Shown one piece after another: positions 10,412 to 19,419 of a stretch of 64,000 bases of DNA. Within the stretch, counting starts at the first letter, position 1. Each line of letters opens with the position of its first letter. The stretch covers positions 4,164 through 68,163 of the forward strand of contig JAZLCO010000085.1 in assembly GCA_045614225.1 (NCBI GenBank). The letters run 5' to 3'. Source of the stretch: Eggerthellaceae bacterium (lineage in GTDB: Bacteria; Actinomycetota; Coriobacteriia; Coriobacteriales; Eggerthellaceae). The translations under genes were made by a program, and so were the position numbers. The notes beneath the pieces are model-generated. The model was not told the origin of the DNA. It did not search any database and saw only the letters and a list, made by a program, of their open reading frames with translations.

Positions 10412-10559
10412 GCTTGAACCTTTCTTCCTACGCGCCAAAAGCGCATCCGCATTATATCGGGCAATCCTTCTCTGGTAGACTGGTATTGCATTTTTGTAGT
10501 GTGCTGTAGGGTTACTAAATGAAACCATCTTTCCAATTGCCTCGAACAAAGGACAAGCA

Positions 10560-12011
10560 ATGCATTTGAAGATCCAAAAACGCAACGGACGAGAGTATCT
10601 CTCGGTCGTACAGAGCTATCGACAGAACGGCAAGGTTAAAACGCGCACCGTTGAGACGATCGGCTATGCCGACGCCTATGCTGACCGTTTCGAGGACCCA
10701 ATAGCACATTTCCGCGAATACGTTGATCAGCTGAACAAGGGCGTCGTTGCGCAACGCCAGCCAATCGAGCTCTCGTTTGGACTCGAAGACGAAATCGATG
10801 CGGAAGCCACTCCCACCGCCCGCCTTGGTGCATCGATTGCGCTCGGATACCTCGACGCACTTGGCATCAGCGACTTCTTTCGCGCGCGTTCCGGGCGTGA
10901 AGGATTCCCGGACCACGCGGGGCGCGTTTTCGAAATGCTCGCAGTTGAGCGCATGATGCATGCCACGAGCAAACGCGAGTCATGGACCTCGCGCAAGTCC
11001 TTCCCGCGATCATGCGATTTCTCGTTCGGCGATGTATACCAAGCACTCGAGTGCTTTGCACGGGAAAGGACACGCATAGACGAATGCCTCGCCCGTCATT
11101 GGAGAAAGCTGTTCGGCTACCCCGCGCTTGATCGTCTCTTCCTCATTTGCGGTAGCTACGCCTTCCCCGTTGACGGTGGTTCCGAGCGTGCAAGCATCGC
11201 CGTTGCCATCAGCGGCGAAGGCGTGCCACTTGGCTACCACGACATGGCCGGCCGCCTCGAGCCTCAAACGTTCCGTGCAGCAACCGTTCAGTTGAAAAAC
11301 CGCCTTGGAGCTTCGCGGGCCGTCATCGTTGCAGGAGGCTTGCGCGACCTTGACCCGACCATCGCCGAAATGTCTTTGACAGGCGATGGCTTCATCTTGT
11401 ACCAGCGCGATTTCCGAAAGGTTCCCGACCTTGCCTCTTGGGCCGATGATGAAGGCGGATACACACAAATGGCTGGCGGTGTGCTCGTCAAATCGCGCAC
11501 CTCGACCCGTATCATGCCTGACGGAACGCACCTGCCCGTGAAGGAAGTCATGCTCCGCGGAGGGGGTTACGCAACGAGCCATCGACATGCCGTTCTGGTC
11601 ACAAGCGAACTGGACCTCGATTCGATGACGATAGTCCAGCTCTACCGCGAGCTCTGGCGACAAGCCGAGCCTTTCCAGCCACTTGAAGCGGATTTCTCGT
11701 CCGTGCCCTACCCCACTGCGTCGAGCAATCACATCCAAGCGCACTTCGCCATTTGCTACGCGGCGTTCTCCGCGCTCCGCCTCTTGCGAAAGAACATGAA
11801 TTGGAGGCATAACGCTGCCGACAGCGCCGACGCTCTGCTCCGCATGGAAGGCATCTATTTGCAACAGAACTATTATTTGTTCAACTACCGCAGCGCCACT
11901 ACCGACGATATCGAAGAATCAGCGGGCATTCCTCCCGCTCGACGCTTGCGCACGCGCGCCGAATTGCGCAGCGTGCCTGGCACGGTGCGCTCGTCTTTCG
12001 AGAATCGATAA
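10560..12011 (+). mobile_element. IS1634-family-like (IS4-related DDE) transposase gene; IS termini not identifiable
   Basis: The N-terminus MHLKIQKRNGREYLSVVQSYRQNGKVKTRTVETIGYADAY resembles the conserved N-terminus of IS1634-family transposases as I recall it. Only 14 nt separate its stop from the next gene's stop. Confidence 0.55.
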
Positions 12012-12025
12012 ACCGAAAGCGTGCT

Positions 12026-12487
12026 TTAGCGGTACGTTGCCTCGCCGTCATACATCGTCTTCGTGATGACCGAGAAATGGAAGATCGGTCGGTCGACGCG
12101 CAAGATGCGCATCGGGTTATGCGCAAGGCCCGCCGGCGCGAAGATGATCGACGATTTGGTAAGCAGATGCGGTTCGCCACCAATGGTGAACTCGATTTCG
12201 CCACCGAGGTCGGTTGGGTCATCAGGGTTCGAACCGATGAAACCAATAAGCTCGTCACAATCGTCGTGAACATGCTCGGTAAAGATGGGGTCACGATCGG
12301 GCACATGGTGGTACCATGCCGTGTTCATCTGGAAGGCGCCCGGCACAACCTGGCCGTCGATCCAGCAGATGCGCTGAGCGAACTTGTCATAGATCTGTTT
12401 GAACGCAGCATCCATCACTGGAGCCCCTGCCGCATCCTGCACGATGTTCGCTGCGTACGTTCCCGATTCGTTGTTCATGAAGGCCAT
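12026..12487 (-). CDS. hypothetical protein, possibly cupin-fold
   Basis: A 153-aa protein. The HVHDDCDE ... GGEIEF ... PAGLAHNP pattern looks like cupin metal-binding motifs. Confidence 0.45.
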   Translation of the reverse strand: MAFMNNESGTYAANIVQDAAGAPVMDAAFKQIYDKFAQRICWIDGQVVPGAFQMNTAWYHHVPDRDPIFTEHVHDDCDELIGFIGSNPDDPTDLGGEIEFTIGGEPHLLTKSSIIFAPAGLAHNPMRILRVDRPIFHFSVITKTMYDGEATYR

Positions 12488-12644
12488 GTTGGTGTCCCCT
12501 CCCCGTCAATTACGATGAGAATAGTTTACCTTTTCAACCAGGTTATTGGTATTACTCTAGACACCTAGTCAAATCTTGAAGAATTAGAGATGAGGTATTG
12601 CGCGGGCGGGTCATGTCAAGTAATATAACTTTCGCTGAAAACAC

Positions 12645-12731
<87 letters not shown>

Positions 12732-12733
12732 AG

Positions 12734-12762
12734 TCACCGCCCAATTTCGGGCGGTGATTTTT
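12734..12762 (+). terminator. rho-independent terminator of tRNA-Asp
   Basis: The stem tcaccgccc/gggcggtga is followed by ttttt. Confidence 0.75.
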
Positions 12763-12781
12763 CTCTCTCGGGATGACCGCT

Positions 12782-12889
12782 GACCCCGTGGGTGCCCATG
12801 GAGTGCACACCGCGCGCATCGTTATACCGTAATCCTTATGATGCGAGCAGCATTTTTACCTGCACTTTTACTTACACTGCTATACGGCG
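12782..12889 (+). repeat. about 108-bp segment homologous to the island's right-end arm (38908-39033)
   Basis: A shared 22-bp core tttacctgcacttttacttaca lies at 12855-12876 and 38999-39020. The flanks gtgcacaccgc and atacggcg are also conserved. Confidence 0.7.
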
Positions 12890-15354
12890 ACACCGCTGTC
12901 ACTCAATTTCAGGACGTCACTTTTTCGCACCCGTATGACTGGTCTAAAGCCATGTGCGTCTTCTGCAACCGAACCCCATCCCTTGCATTCATCGCCGTAA
13001 GGGTCAAAGCATTCTGGCGTGGACTTCTTGCTTGCAGGAAGTCGCATCATCCAGCAAGCTCCCTTCTTCGAAATGCGTCCGTTGTTTTTGTACGATCCAA
13101 GACGGCGTCCAACATCGTGGGATTTCGCCACAGGCGTTGGCTGTGCTTCCCCGAGAGACATCGGGTTAAAGGCCCGCTCAGCTTCCTCGCGCGAAAGGAT
13201 GTATGCATAGTCTGTGGTCTCGAAGTATTCTTTTGTCCTGCTGTGCTGTGTTCGCACTGTGTTGGACAGCAACGATGCTCTCTCCTCGTCGGAAAAGACC
13301 GTATCGAGGAAGCCAGAGTTGAGCCAAGTGCGAAGCTCGCAGTCCTCCCAGGTCGTCTTGTGGGCTTGGCTGTCTATGGGAAGACAGTCAATCACATCCT
13401 TCGTGATGAGGAGGAAGGAATCGTCGTCATCGCCGATTACCAGCCATTCAAGAGGGGCTTTTTGCCATTCGCTGTCTTTAGGGTAATGGCCGAATTCGAT
13501 ACAGGCGTACATACCAAGCGTGTTTGACGAAACTTCGAAGGGATTGGCCCCGCCCCAGCAAACGGGAATATAGCCTCTTTTCGATTGCGCGTTTCCCGAC
13601 TTGAAATCATAGGCGATGCATACGGCTTCAGGCCGCTGATCGTCGGCTTGGAAACCCGCCTCGAAAGAGAAAGACGATACTGTTTTTTCGCCAGCGCATT
13701 CCAGTGCAGTCGCAAAGCGGCAGGCCGGCAACTCGAGGACTGAGCGAGAAATGAAATCTGCGATAGCGGAAGCGCTCGCCATGCGTGTAGAATCCCATTC
13801 CTCAACGGGCAAATCGACTCCATGGAGCGTTCTCTCTCGTGCAGCTTCCGCCCATTCTTCCAACACGTTTGAATAATCGAGCTCCTCGCCGTCATCGTCG
13901 ACGACGAGCCAGTACCCGTCAGCATATGTCTCGCATCTGAAGTGGATTTTTTCACTGCTATCAAACCCGACAACAATATCAATGAACGCATCGCCGCTCC
14001 TCGTGATTAAGTCAACGCCAACCAGATGCTTCTTCGGCGTCGGTTTTTTTTCGACGACGAGCCCCGTCTTCTGCTCTTTCGGTTTGGAAACCACTTTTCC
14101 AGATGGGACGGCGATACGCTCCGCGGCTTTCGCCAGCTTCTTCTCCTCCAGCAAGTCGTGCAATGCGATCACGACGGGGTCTTCGAATGAGCCGATATTC
14201 GCAATCGCGAATTCCGCGAGGTTGTTGCCGACCTTCGCGCTAACCTTCTTCTCGTCAGCTAGTAGCTCGATTGACCTTTCGAGGACGGAACGCGATTTCT
14301 CCTTCGCTTTTTCTCCGACGGCCTTCATCCAGATTTTCCCGGGCTGGTAAGCGAGCACGGTGGCCCAAACTTCTTCGTCATCTGGAAGAAACCGAACAAA
14401 GGGGGTGTCAATTTGCGTTTTCGTTGTCATCCTCCCAGCTGAATTGACCAATTCGACTGTCGCATCCGAAACCCAGTAACCGACGTCGAGTGCGCCCTGC
14501 CCGAGTTTTTCGAGGCTCGACGGAAGTACGAACTTCTTGACTGAAGTGTTGAAGAACGCATCCTTTCCGATGCGCTTCAATCCTTCTGAGAAGGTGACTT
14601 CCTCGAGAGATTTGCAGCCGTAGAACGCTGTGTCGTCGATTTCCTCAAGGCTAGCTGGAAACGCGATGCTTCTTATCTTGCACCGACGGCCGTCGTTCTG
14701 GCCGTCAAATGCAGATACGCCGATTCGCTTGAGCGTGTTGGGTATCTCGATTTCGACTAGGTTTTTGCAATTGTAGAATGACTCGTTGCCGATAGAGAGA
14801 AGCCCTTCGGGAAGCGCCACCTTCTTTACCTGGTCCCTTCCCCAAAAACCGAAGAAAGCCTTGTCGCCAATAGCGGTAATTTCATTAGGCACTACTACGT
14901 TTTCAGCGTTTCCCGTATATCTAATGAGAGCACCATTATCGACGACGAAATCTGGAAGCTCAACGAAACCGTCTGGCCCAACGCTAACAAGCTCATCCTC
15001 GACATACAGCGCAAGGCACCATTCGCCGATGCGGCCCGGATCGTCAAGCCATTCGCCGTTGCCAATGAGCTTCTCCTCCGGAACCTCTACGACATCAAGG
15101 GTCGAAAACGCGTTGGCGAACTTCTTGGACCAGGAGCTGTACTGCAACCATTGTGGTTTTAGCTCGACCTCTTGAAATTCGTCCAAAGATACGGAAGGGA
15201 ACTCGACCGCCTCACCAGTTACGATATTCCTGAGACTGACGCTTACAGCATCGGCGTTTCTGCCAACCTGCGGAGCATCGATAACCGTATACAAATCCCC
15301 TTGATACTCAATACAGATTCCGCGTTTTGGGTCAGTATGCACTGAATGGCTCAT
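12880..15354 (-). CDS. 824-aa multidomain protein: EF-P-like N-terminus, BspA-type LRR block, helical module, C-terminal DUF6273-like domain; no signal peptide
   Basis: LRR_5-type repeats are present (AFYGCKSLEEVTFSEGLKRIGKDAFF and others). The C-terminus LEWLVIGDDDDSFLLITKDVIDCLPI...WEDCELRTWLNSGFLDTVFSDEE resembles the DUF6273 pattern. The start overlaps the MoxR stop (ATGA). Confidence 0.6.
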   Translation of the reverse strand: MSHSVHTDPKRGICIEYQGDLYTVIDAPQVGRNADAVSVSLRNIVTGEAVEFPSVSLDEFQEVELKPQWLQYSSWSKKFANAFSTLDVVEVPEEKLIGNGEWLDDPGRIGEWCLALYVEDELVSVGPDGFVELPDFVVDNGALIRYTGNAENVVVPNEITAIGDKAFFGFWGRDQVKKVALPEGLLSIGNESFYNCKNLVEIEIPNTLKRIGVSAFDGQNDGRRCKIRSIAFPASLEEIDDTAFYGCKSLEEVTFSEGLKRIGKDAFFNTSVKKFVLPSSLEKLGQGALDVGYWVSDATVELVNSAGRMTTKTQIDTPFVRFLPDDEEVWATVLAYQPGKIWMKAVGEKAKEKSRSVLERSIELLADEKKVSAKVGNNLAEFAIANIGSFEDPVVIALHDLLEEKKLAKAAERIAVPSGKVVSKPKEQKTGLVVEKKPTPKKHLVGVDLITRSGDAFIDIVVGFDSSEKIHFRCETYADGYWLVVDDDGEELDYSNVLEEWAEAARERTLHGVDLPVEEWDSTRMASASAIADFISRSVLELPACRFATALECAGEKTVSSFSFEAGFQADDQRPEAVCIAYDFKSGNAQSKRGYIPVCWGGANPFEVSSNTLGMYACIEFGHYPKDSEWQKAPLEWLVIGDDDDSFLLITKDVIDCLPIDSQAHKTTWEDCELRTWLNSGFLDTVFSDEERASLLSNTVRTQHSRTKEYFETTDYAYILSREEAERAFNPMSLGEAQPTPVAKSHDVGRRLGSYKNNGRISKKGACWMMRLPASKKSTPECFDPYGDECKGWGSVAEDAHGFRPVIRVRKSDVLKLSDSGVAV

Positions 15355-16862
15355 TCCTGCCCCAATCCCTTTATCTCCTTCAATAGCTCCAGCCCACGCT
15401 CGGTGAACAGCAAGCTCTTGTTGTGCTTCATGAACTGCTCCGAGCCGTGCTCGCTCACAAGACGTATGAGAACGGGGTCTGCCGAGAGCTTCGTGACGTA
15501 GATAAGCGACTCTTGCGAGTCCTCTCCGAAAGCACCGTCCAGAAATACGAAAGTGTTACCGAGACCGCTGGTCGCACGTTTTACGAGCTCTGCTTGCTTT
15601 TTGCATTCCCCGTTGAATGCTTCCTTTGCAGCGCCAAAACCGTCATCACCGCCTGAAGCCTTGCTGGCAACAGCCACTCGAACCGTCTCCAAGACACGCA
15701 GGCGCTCAGCTTTGATGACCGCCTTGTTACCAACTTGACCCCTAGGGCGTTTGCCGACCTCGCTCGCCGCAGCAACCGCTTCGATTTTGCTCGCCACAAC
15801 CTGCGCTGGATCGGCGTTTTTCTTGAGCCGCGATTTCATGTCAAGCAAGTCTTTCCGGGCCAGCTTGAGCGCCTCTTCAAGCTCAATAGCAACGTGCGCG
15901 CGTTCGAGCATCGCATCTAGCAACAATCCAACCAGCGCCACCCTCTCGTCGAAGGAAGCGCCTGACGCGCGTGCCTGAATCGACGGGTCTGCAGTACCGG
16001 CGATGATGCTGGCAATCTTGTAATCGTCCTCGTATTTCCGGAACAGCTCGTAGTACACGCTGAAGTCCTGCGAAACCTCGTCGTCTTGAAGGTACCTGCC
16101 CGGAAGCGATGCGGGAGCGACCATCCCCTCGGCCTCGTAAGCCTGGAGCATACGCGACAAATCCTCCCATCCACGTGATGTCACTATCTTCGATCCGCGC
16201 GCCGCCGCCCTCACCTTGTAGAAGCTGCCGGGCTTTGCGTCGAGGTAGGTCGTCACGGCCGGGTGCACACCATGCGCAGCCGCGTACTCCTGCCATACGT
16301 CGAGGTCGGGTTCCACGTCAATTCTCATCAGCCTGTCGAGCATCGCAGGATCGAACTCGCGGGCGGCTCGGTTGTACTCGGGCGGATTGCCCGCCGTTAC
16401 AATGACCCATCCCTCAGGTAGACGGTGCATTCCGAACGTCTTGTACTGCAGGAACTGCAGCATCGCCGGAGCGAGCGTCTCCGATACGCAGTTCACCTCG
16501 TCGAGGAACAGGATTCCCTCGGCGACACCGCTCTCCTCGCGCGCACGATGCACTGCGGCGATTATCTCGGACATCGTGTACTCCGACACGTTGTAAGCCC
16601 GACCGTCGAACTCCTCCTCGGATATGAAAGGCAAACCGAGCGCGCTCTGGCGAGTATGGTGCGTGATGGAGTAGCTCACGAAGTTCACGCCAATCTCGTC
16701 GGCAATCTGCTCGACCACCGCCGTCTTGCCCACGCCCGGCGGCCCGAGCATGATGATGGGCCGTTGCATGCGAAATGGTATGCGGTACAGCCCGCGCTCG
16801 TCTTTGGAGAGGTATGCACGAACGGCCCCCTTGATCTGCTCGGATGCTTCTTTGATATTCAC
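15351..16862 (-). CDS. MoxR/AAA_5-type AAA+ ATPase with about 200-aa C-terminal extension
   Basis: Contains Walker A GPPGVGKT, Walker B ILFLDEVN, and VIVTAGNPPEYNRAAREFDPAMLDRL (sensor/arginine-finger region). Confidence 0.85.
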   Translation of the reverse strand: MNIKEASEQIKGAVRAYLSKDERGLYRIPFRMQRPIIMLGPPGVGKTAVVEQIADEIGVNFVSYSITHHTRQSALGLPFISEEEFDGRAYNVSEYTMSEIIAAVHRAREESGVAEGILFLDEVNCVSETLAPAMLQFLQYKTFGMHRLPEGWVIVTAGNPPEYNRAAREFDPAMLDRLMRIDVEPDLDVWQEYAAAHGVHPAVTTYLDAKPGSFYKVRAAARGSKIVTSRGWEDLSRMLQAYEAEGMVAPASLPGRYLQDDEVSQDFSVYYELFRKYEDDYKIASIIAGTADPSIQARASGASFDERVALVGLLLDAMLERAHVAIELEEALKLARKDLLDMKSRLKKNADPAQVVASKIEAVAAASEVGKRPRGQVGNKAVIKAERLRVLETVRVAVASKASGGDDGFGAAKEAFNGECKKQAELVKRATSGLGNTFVFLDGAFGEDSQESLIYVTKLSADPVLIRLVSEHGSEQFMKHNKSLLFTERGLELLKEIKGLGQE

Positions 16863-16878
16863 TCGTTCTCCGTTCGCC

Positions 16879-18489
16879 CTAATCTAGCAACAACGATTCT
16901 ATGTTGCTGTATTCCCCGAAATGGTTATCACGGTACTCTAGCAGCGCAGCAGCCAGCTCGGTAGCGCCGTTTTCAGATGCAATATTGACGTAATCGATTA
17001 TTTGGGCCAACGTAACGCCGTCCAATTCGTCCATTACCGTCATGTCGCCCGCCATAACGCGCGGATAAAAGCACACACAATCTAGGTACACAACGATGTG
17101 GTTCAATTTCCTCATTGTGATTCTCGAAGTCGGCTTGAACTCGATGATTTCCATCCTGTTGTCCAGAGATTTCCAGTCGAAGTCATGTTGCTTTATCTCA
17201 ACATCTACGTCATCGAACCAGATAGAAATACCGTGGTCGTTGTATTCGCCCATGTCAATATGGAGCCCGTGCTTCTCACGGCCCTTGAAGCGGTATGCGG
17301 GAATTAAGAAACCCTTGTACCGATTGCGCTCAATTGACTTCTTTGTCTTGACGACCACTCGCTCCCAGATTTGCTCGAATGGTTGCTTCAGCTCGTTTTT
17401 TGCAAAATAGTTTCGCCATGCGTTTATCTCAATCGCACTCATTTCAACGGGATGGGCAACTTTTATCGGCGATTTCCCTAATTCAACCGTCTCACCTGAA
17501 TACCTTTCAGGCTTTCCGCCATGCACGGTAAACGTCTTTCCGTCCTGCATCCACACTATTGTTTCGGCAAGGGCGCGCATCACGGGATTGGTCAAATAGG
17601 AGCTTTGCCAGCCATCAGAGGCGAAACCCTTTCCAGAGAGAAAATCATCGAACAGGATTACAGACCTGGCCTTGACGAGCTTTTTCGACTCCCTCTTGAG
17701 CATGGCGAAGTCCGCCTTAGCGGACTCGTATTTCTCCAAATCGGAGCCTCTTTTCGGAATCGACTTCATCTCCTTGCCGCCAGCTTGATCTCGGAGCCGC
17801 CATGACAGATCAGGCCCGAAATATGCGATTACGGTTCGCCCGCCCAGGTCGTACGCCTTCTCCTCGTTCGCATCTAAACCGACGTCGTCCATCTGCGAGC
17901 GGAGTTTATCGGGGCTTTGCCCGTGCTTGCTTGCATAGGTATCTAGATGCTTGATGGATTCGAAATAGCGCATCGCCGTCTTAGACTCGCTGAGAATGAG
18001 GGCGCCACGTGCTATATAAGCATTTCGTTTTGACATGGGATTCTTCCATTTTTCCCAGTCCGCTATCATTGCTATGAGCTTTTCGGCATGCGCGTCGTCT
18101 GCATACCTGCCATATGCAACTACCGCATCAGTTATCGGTTTTGCACGACCAAGCAGCCTTCCGATTGCGTCGCACAAATCGGCCTGTACGAGTTCGTCAG
18201 CCACCGAATCGACTTTGGCATCAATTTTCGCGCCCGCCCAGAAATCTTGCCCGCGTCCTGTTCGAGAACTGGGGTCCTTCGCTTTCTTAATGCCCATATC
18301 GGCAGGTATTTGCCTGGCGTACTCAGTGATGATGTACACCAGAACCGAAGGATGGCAGAGAAGGCCCGATCCGGAATACCTAACGTTCGGCTTAGTTGCA
18401 TCGTTAACCTTCAGCGCAAGCTGGTCCCACTTGATACGGCCTATCGCATCGGACGCCCTTTCGCTACTGCAGAAAGCTGTTTCCGACAT
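16879..18489 (-). CDS. DUF4132-like protein (MolR/YehI-type domain)
   Basis: NPVMRALAETIVWMQDGKTF ... VAHPVEMSAIEINAWRNYFAKNELKQPFEQIWERVV matches the DUF4132 pattern as I recall it (hPl...LvW ... HP..L...W ... QPF.Q..R). Confidence 0.6.
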   Translation of the reverse strand: MSETAFCSSERASDAIGRIKWDQLALKVNDATKPNVRYSGSGLLCHPSVLVYIITEYARQIPADMGIKKAKDPSSRTGRGQDFWAGAKIDAKVDSVADELVQADLCDAIGRLLGRAKPITDAVVAYGRYADDAHAEKLIAMIADWEKWKNPMSKRNAYIARGALILSESKTAMRYFESIKHLDTYASKHGQSPDKLRSQMDDVGLDANEEKAYDLGGRTVIAYFGPDLSWRLRDQAGGKEMKSIPKRGSDLEKYESAKADFAMLKRESKKLVKARSVILFDDFLSGKGFASDGWQSSYLTNPVMRALAETIVWMQDGKTFTVHGGKPERYSGETVELGKSPIKVAHPVEMSAIEINAWRNYFAKNELKQPFEQIWERVVVKTKKSIERNRYKGFLIPAYRFKGREKHGLHIDMGEYNDHGISIWFDDVDVEIKQHDFDWKSLDNRMEIIEFKPTSRITMRKLNHIVVYLDCVCFYPRVMAGDMTVMDELDGVTLAQIIDYVNIASENGATELAAALLEYRDNHFGEYSNIESLLLD

Positions 18490-18503
18490 CGCCTTCGCTC
18501 TTC

Positions 18504-19322
18504 CTATGCGCCAGCGAGAGCGCTAGAGACGCGCGGATCGCCCTCGAACTGAATCGTTGCCTTGGAAAGCTTTTTACCGCCTTCCTTCAGCATGACCTGC
18601 AATCGCTTCATGTTCTCACCATCAATACAATCGAAATGGTTCAGAGCATAAGCAACGAGCTGAGACGCCTTCTTGGGAATTAGTTCCCCTTCTCCAGAAA
18701 TAAGCTCGATTGCTTTGCTGAATACCCGACCAGCATTGTCACTGTTGCTTTGCGCTTCTACTGCCTTGATCCAGTTGGCGTGGTTTTGGAATGCGAGCAC
18801 ATTCGCAAGTGCTTCGACGTTATCGGATAAGCATGGTATGAGAGAGACGTTTAGCTGCTCTTTCGTCGCCGTCCGCTTAGCAATTTCGGGCATTTCAACG
18901 ACATCCACGGCCTTCAACGACGGCACGTCGTCAAGAGGATCGCCCTTGAATGCGCCGGAAATCTTCTCTATGCTCGGCGGTAAAATAACCTGTTTCAAAT
19001 CAGCCACCCCTGCGAATGCGCTTTCTCCTATCTCGGTTACGCCATCAGATACGATTACTTCTTTCAGCCTATAGCAGCCATAAAATGCATATGAGCCAAT
19101 GGCTTTAACCGTCGACGGTATGGTAATCGTCTTTATACCCGCTCCTACAAATGCGCGTACACCTATTGTTTCCAGGCCCTCCGGGAGCTTAACCTCGGCC
19201 AGTTCACGTTGATTGAAGAAAGCCTCATATGCTATCTCCTTGATACCATCTGGGACCGTCACTATGTCGTCATTTCCTTCATATTTGACGAGCTTGCCTT
19301 CGTTTATCTCAAAACTTGCCAT
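18504..19322 (-). CDS. 272-aa cytoplasmic BspA-type LRR protein with C-terminal helical module
   Basis: Contains LRR_5 repeats (EAFFNQRELAEVKLPEGLETIGVRAFVGAGIKTITIPSTVKAIGSYAFYGCYRLKEV). No signal peptide is visible. Confidence 0.65.
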   Translation of the reverse strand: MASFEINEGKLVKYEGNDDIVTVPDGIKEIAYEAFFNQRELAEVKLPEGLETIGVRAFVGAGIKTITIPSTVKAIGSYAFYGCYRLKEVIVSDGVTEIGESAFAGVADLKQVILPPSIEKISGAFKGDPLDDVPSLKAVDVVEMPEIAKRTATKEQLNVSLIPCLSDNVEALANVLAFQNHANWIKAVEAQSNSDNAGRVFSKAIELISGEGELIPKKASQLVAYALNHFDCIDGENMKRLQVMLKEGGKKLSKATIQFEGDPRVSSALAGA

Positions 19323-19419
19323 ACTGCTCCTCTCATCCTTTCATGTTGCAACCGTCGCTGTTAAACGCTGAACCCACCTTGCTTTGCTATCTAAGACTTT
19401 CGCAATGCTCATCCAGCCT

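Noticed and set aside
12886-12910. A possible fourth, highly degenerate tRNA fragment (ggcgacaccgctgtcactc versus ggcgccggcctgtcacgtc) after the duplicated arm.
   Set aside because: Only the ctgtcac heptamer and a few flanking bases match. The stretch lies inside the coding end of the 824-aa gene, so the match is too weak to call.
12838-13527. A 229-aa plus-strand ORF at the island's left edge, plus the 27774-28733 plus-strand ORF (319 aa).
   Set aside because: Both are antisense to well-supported minus-strand genes (the 824-aa LRR protein and the DUF2779 nuclease), and neither has recognisable motifs or an RBS.
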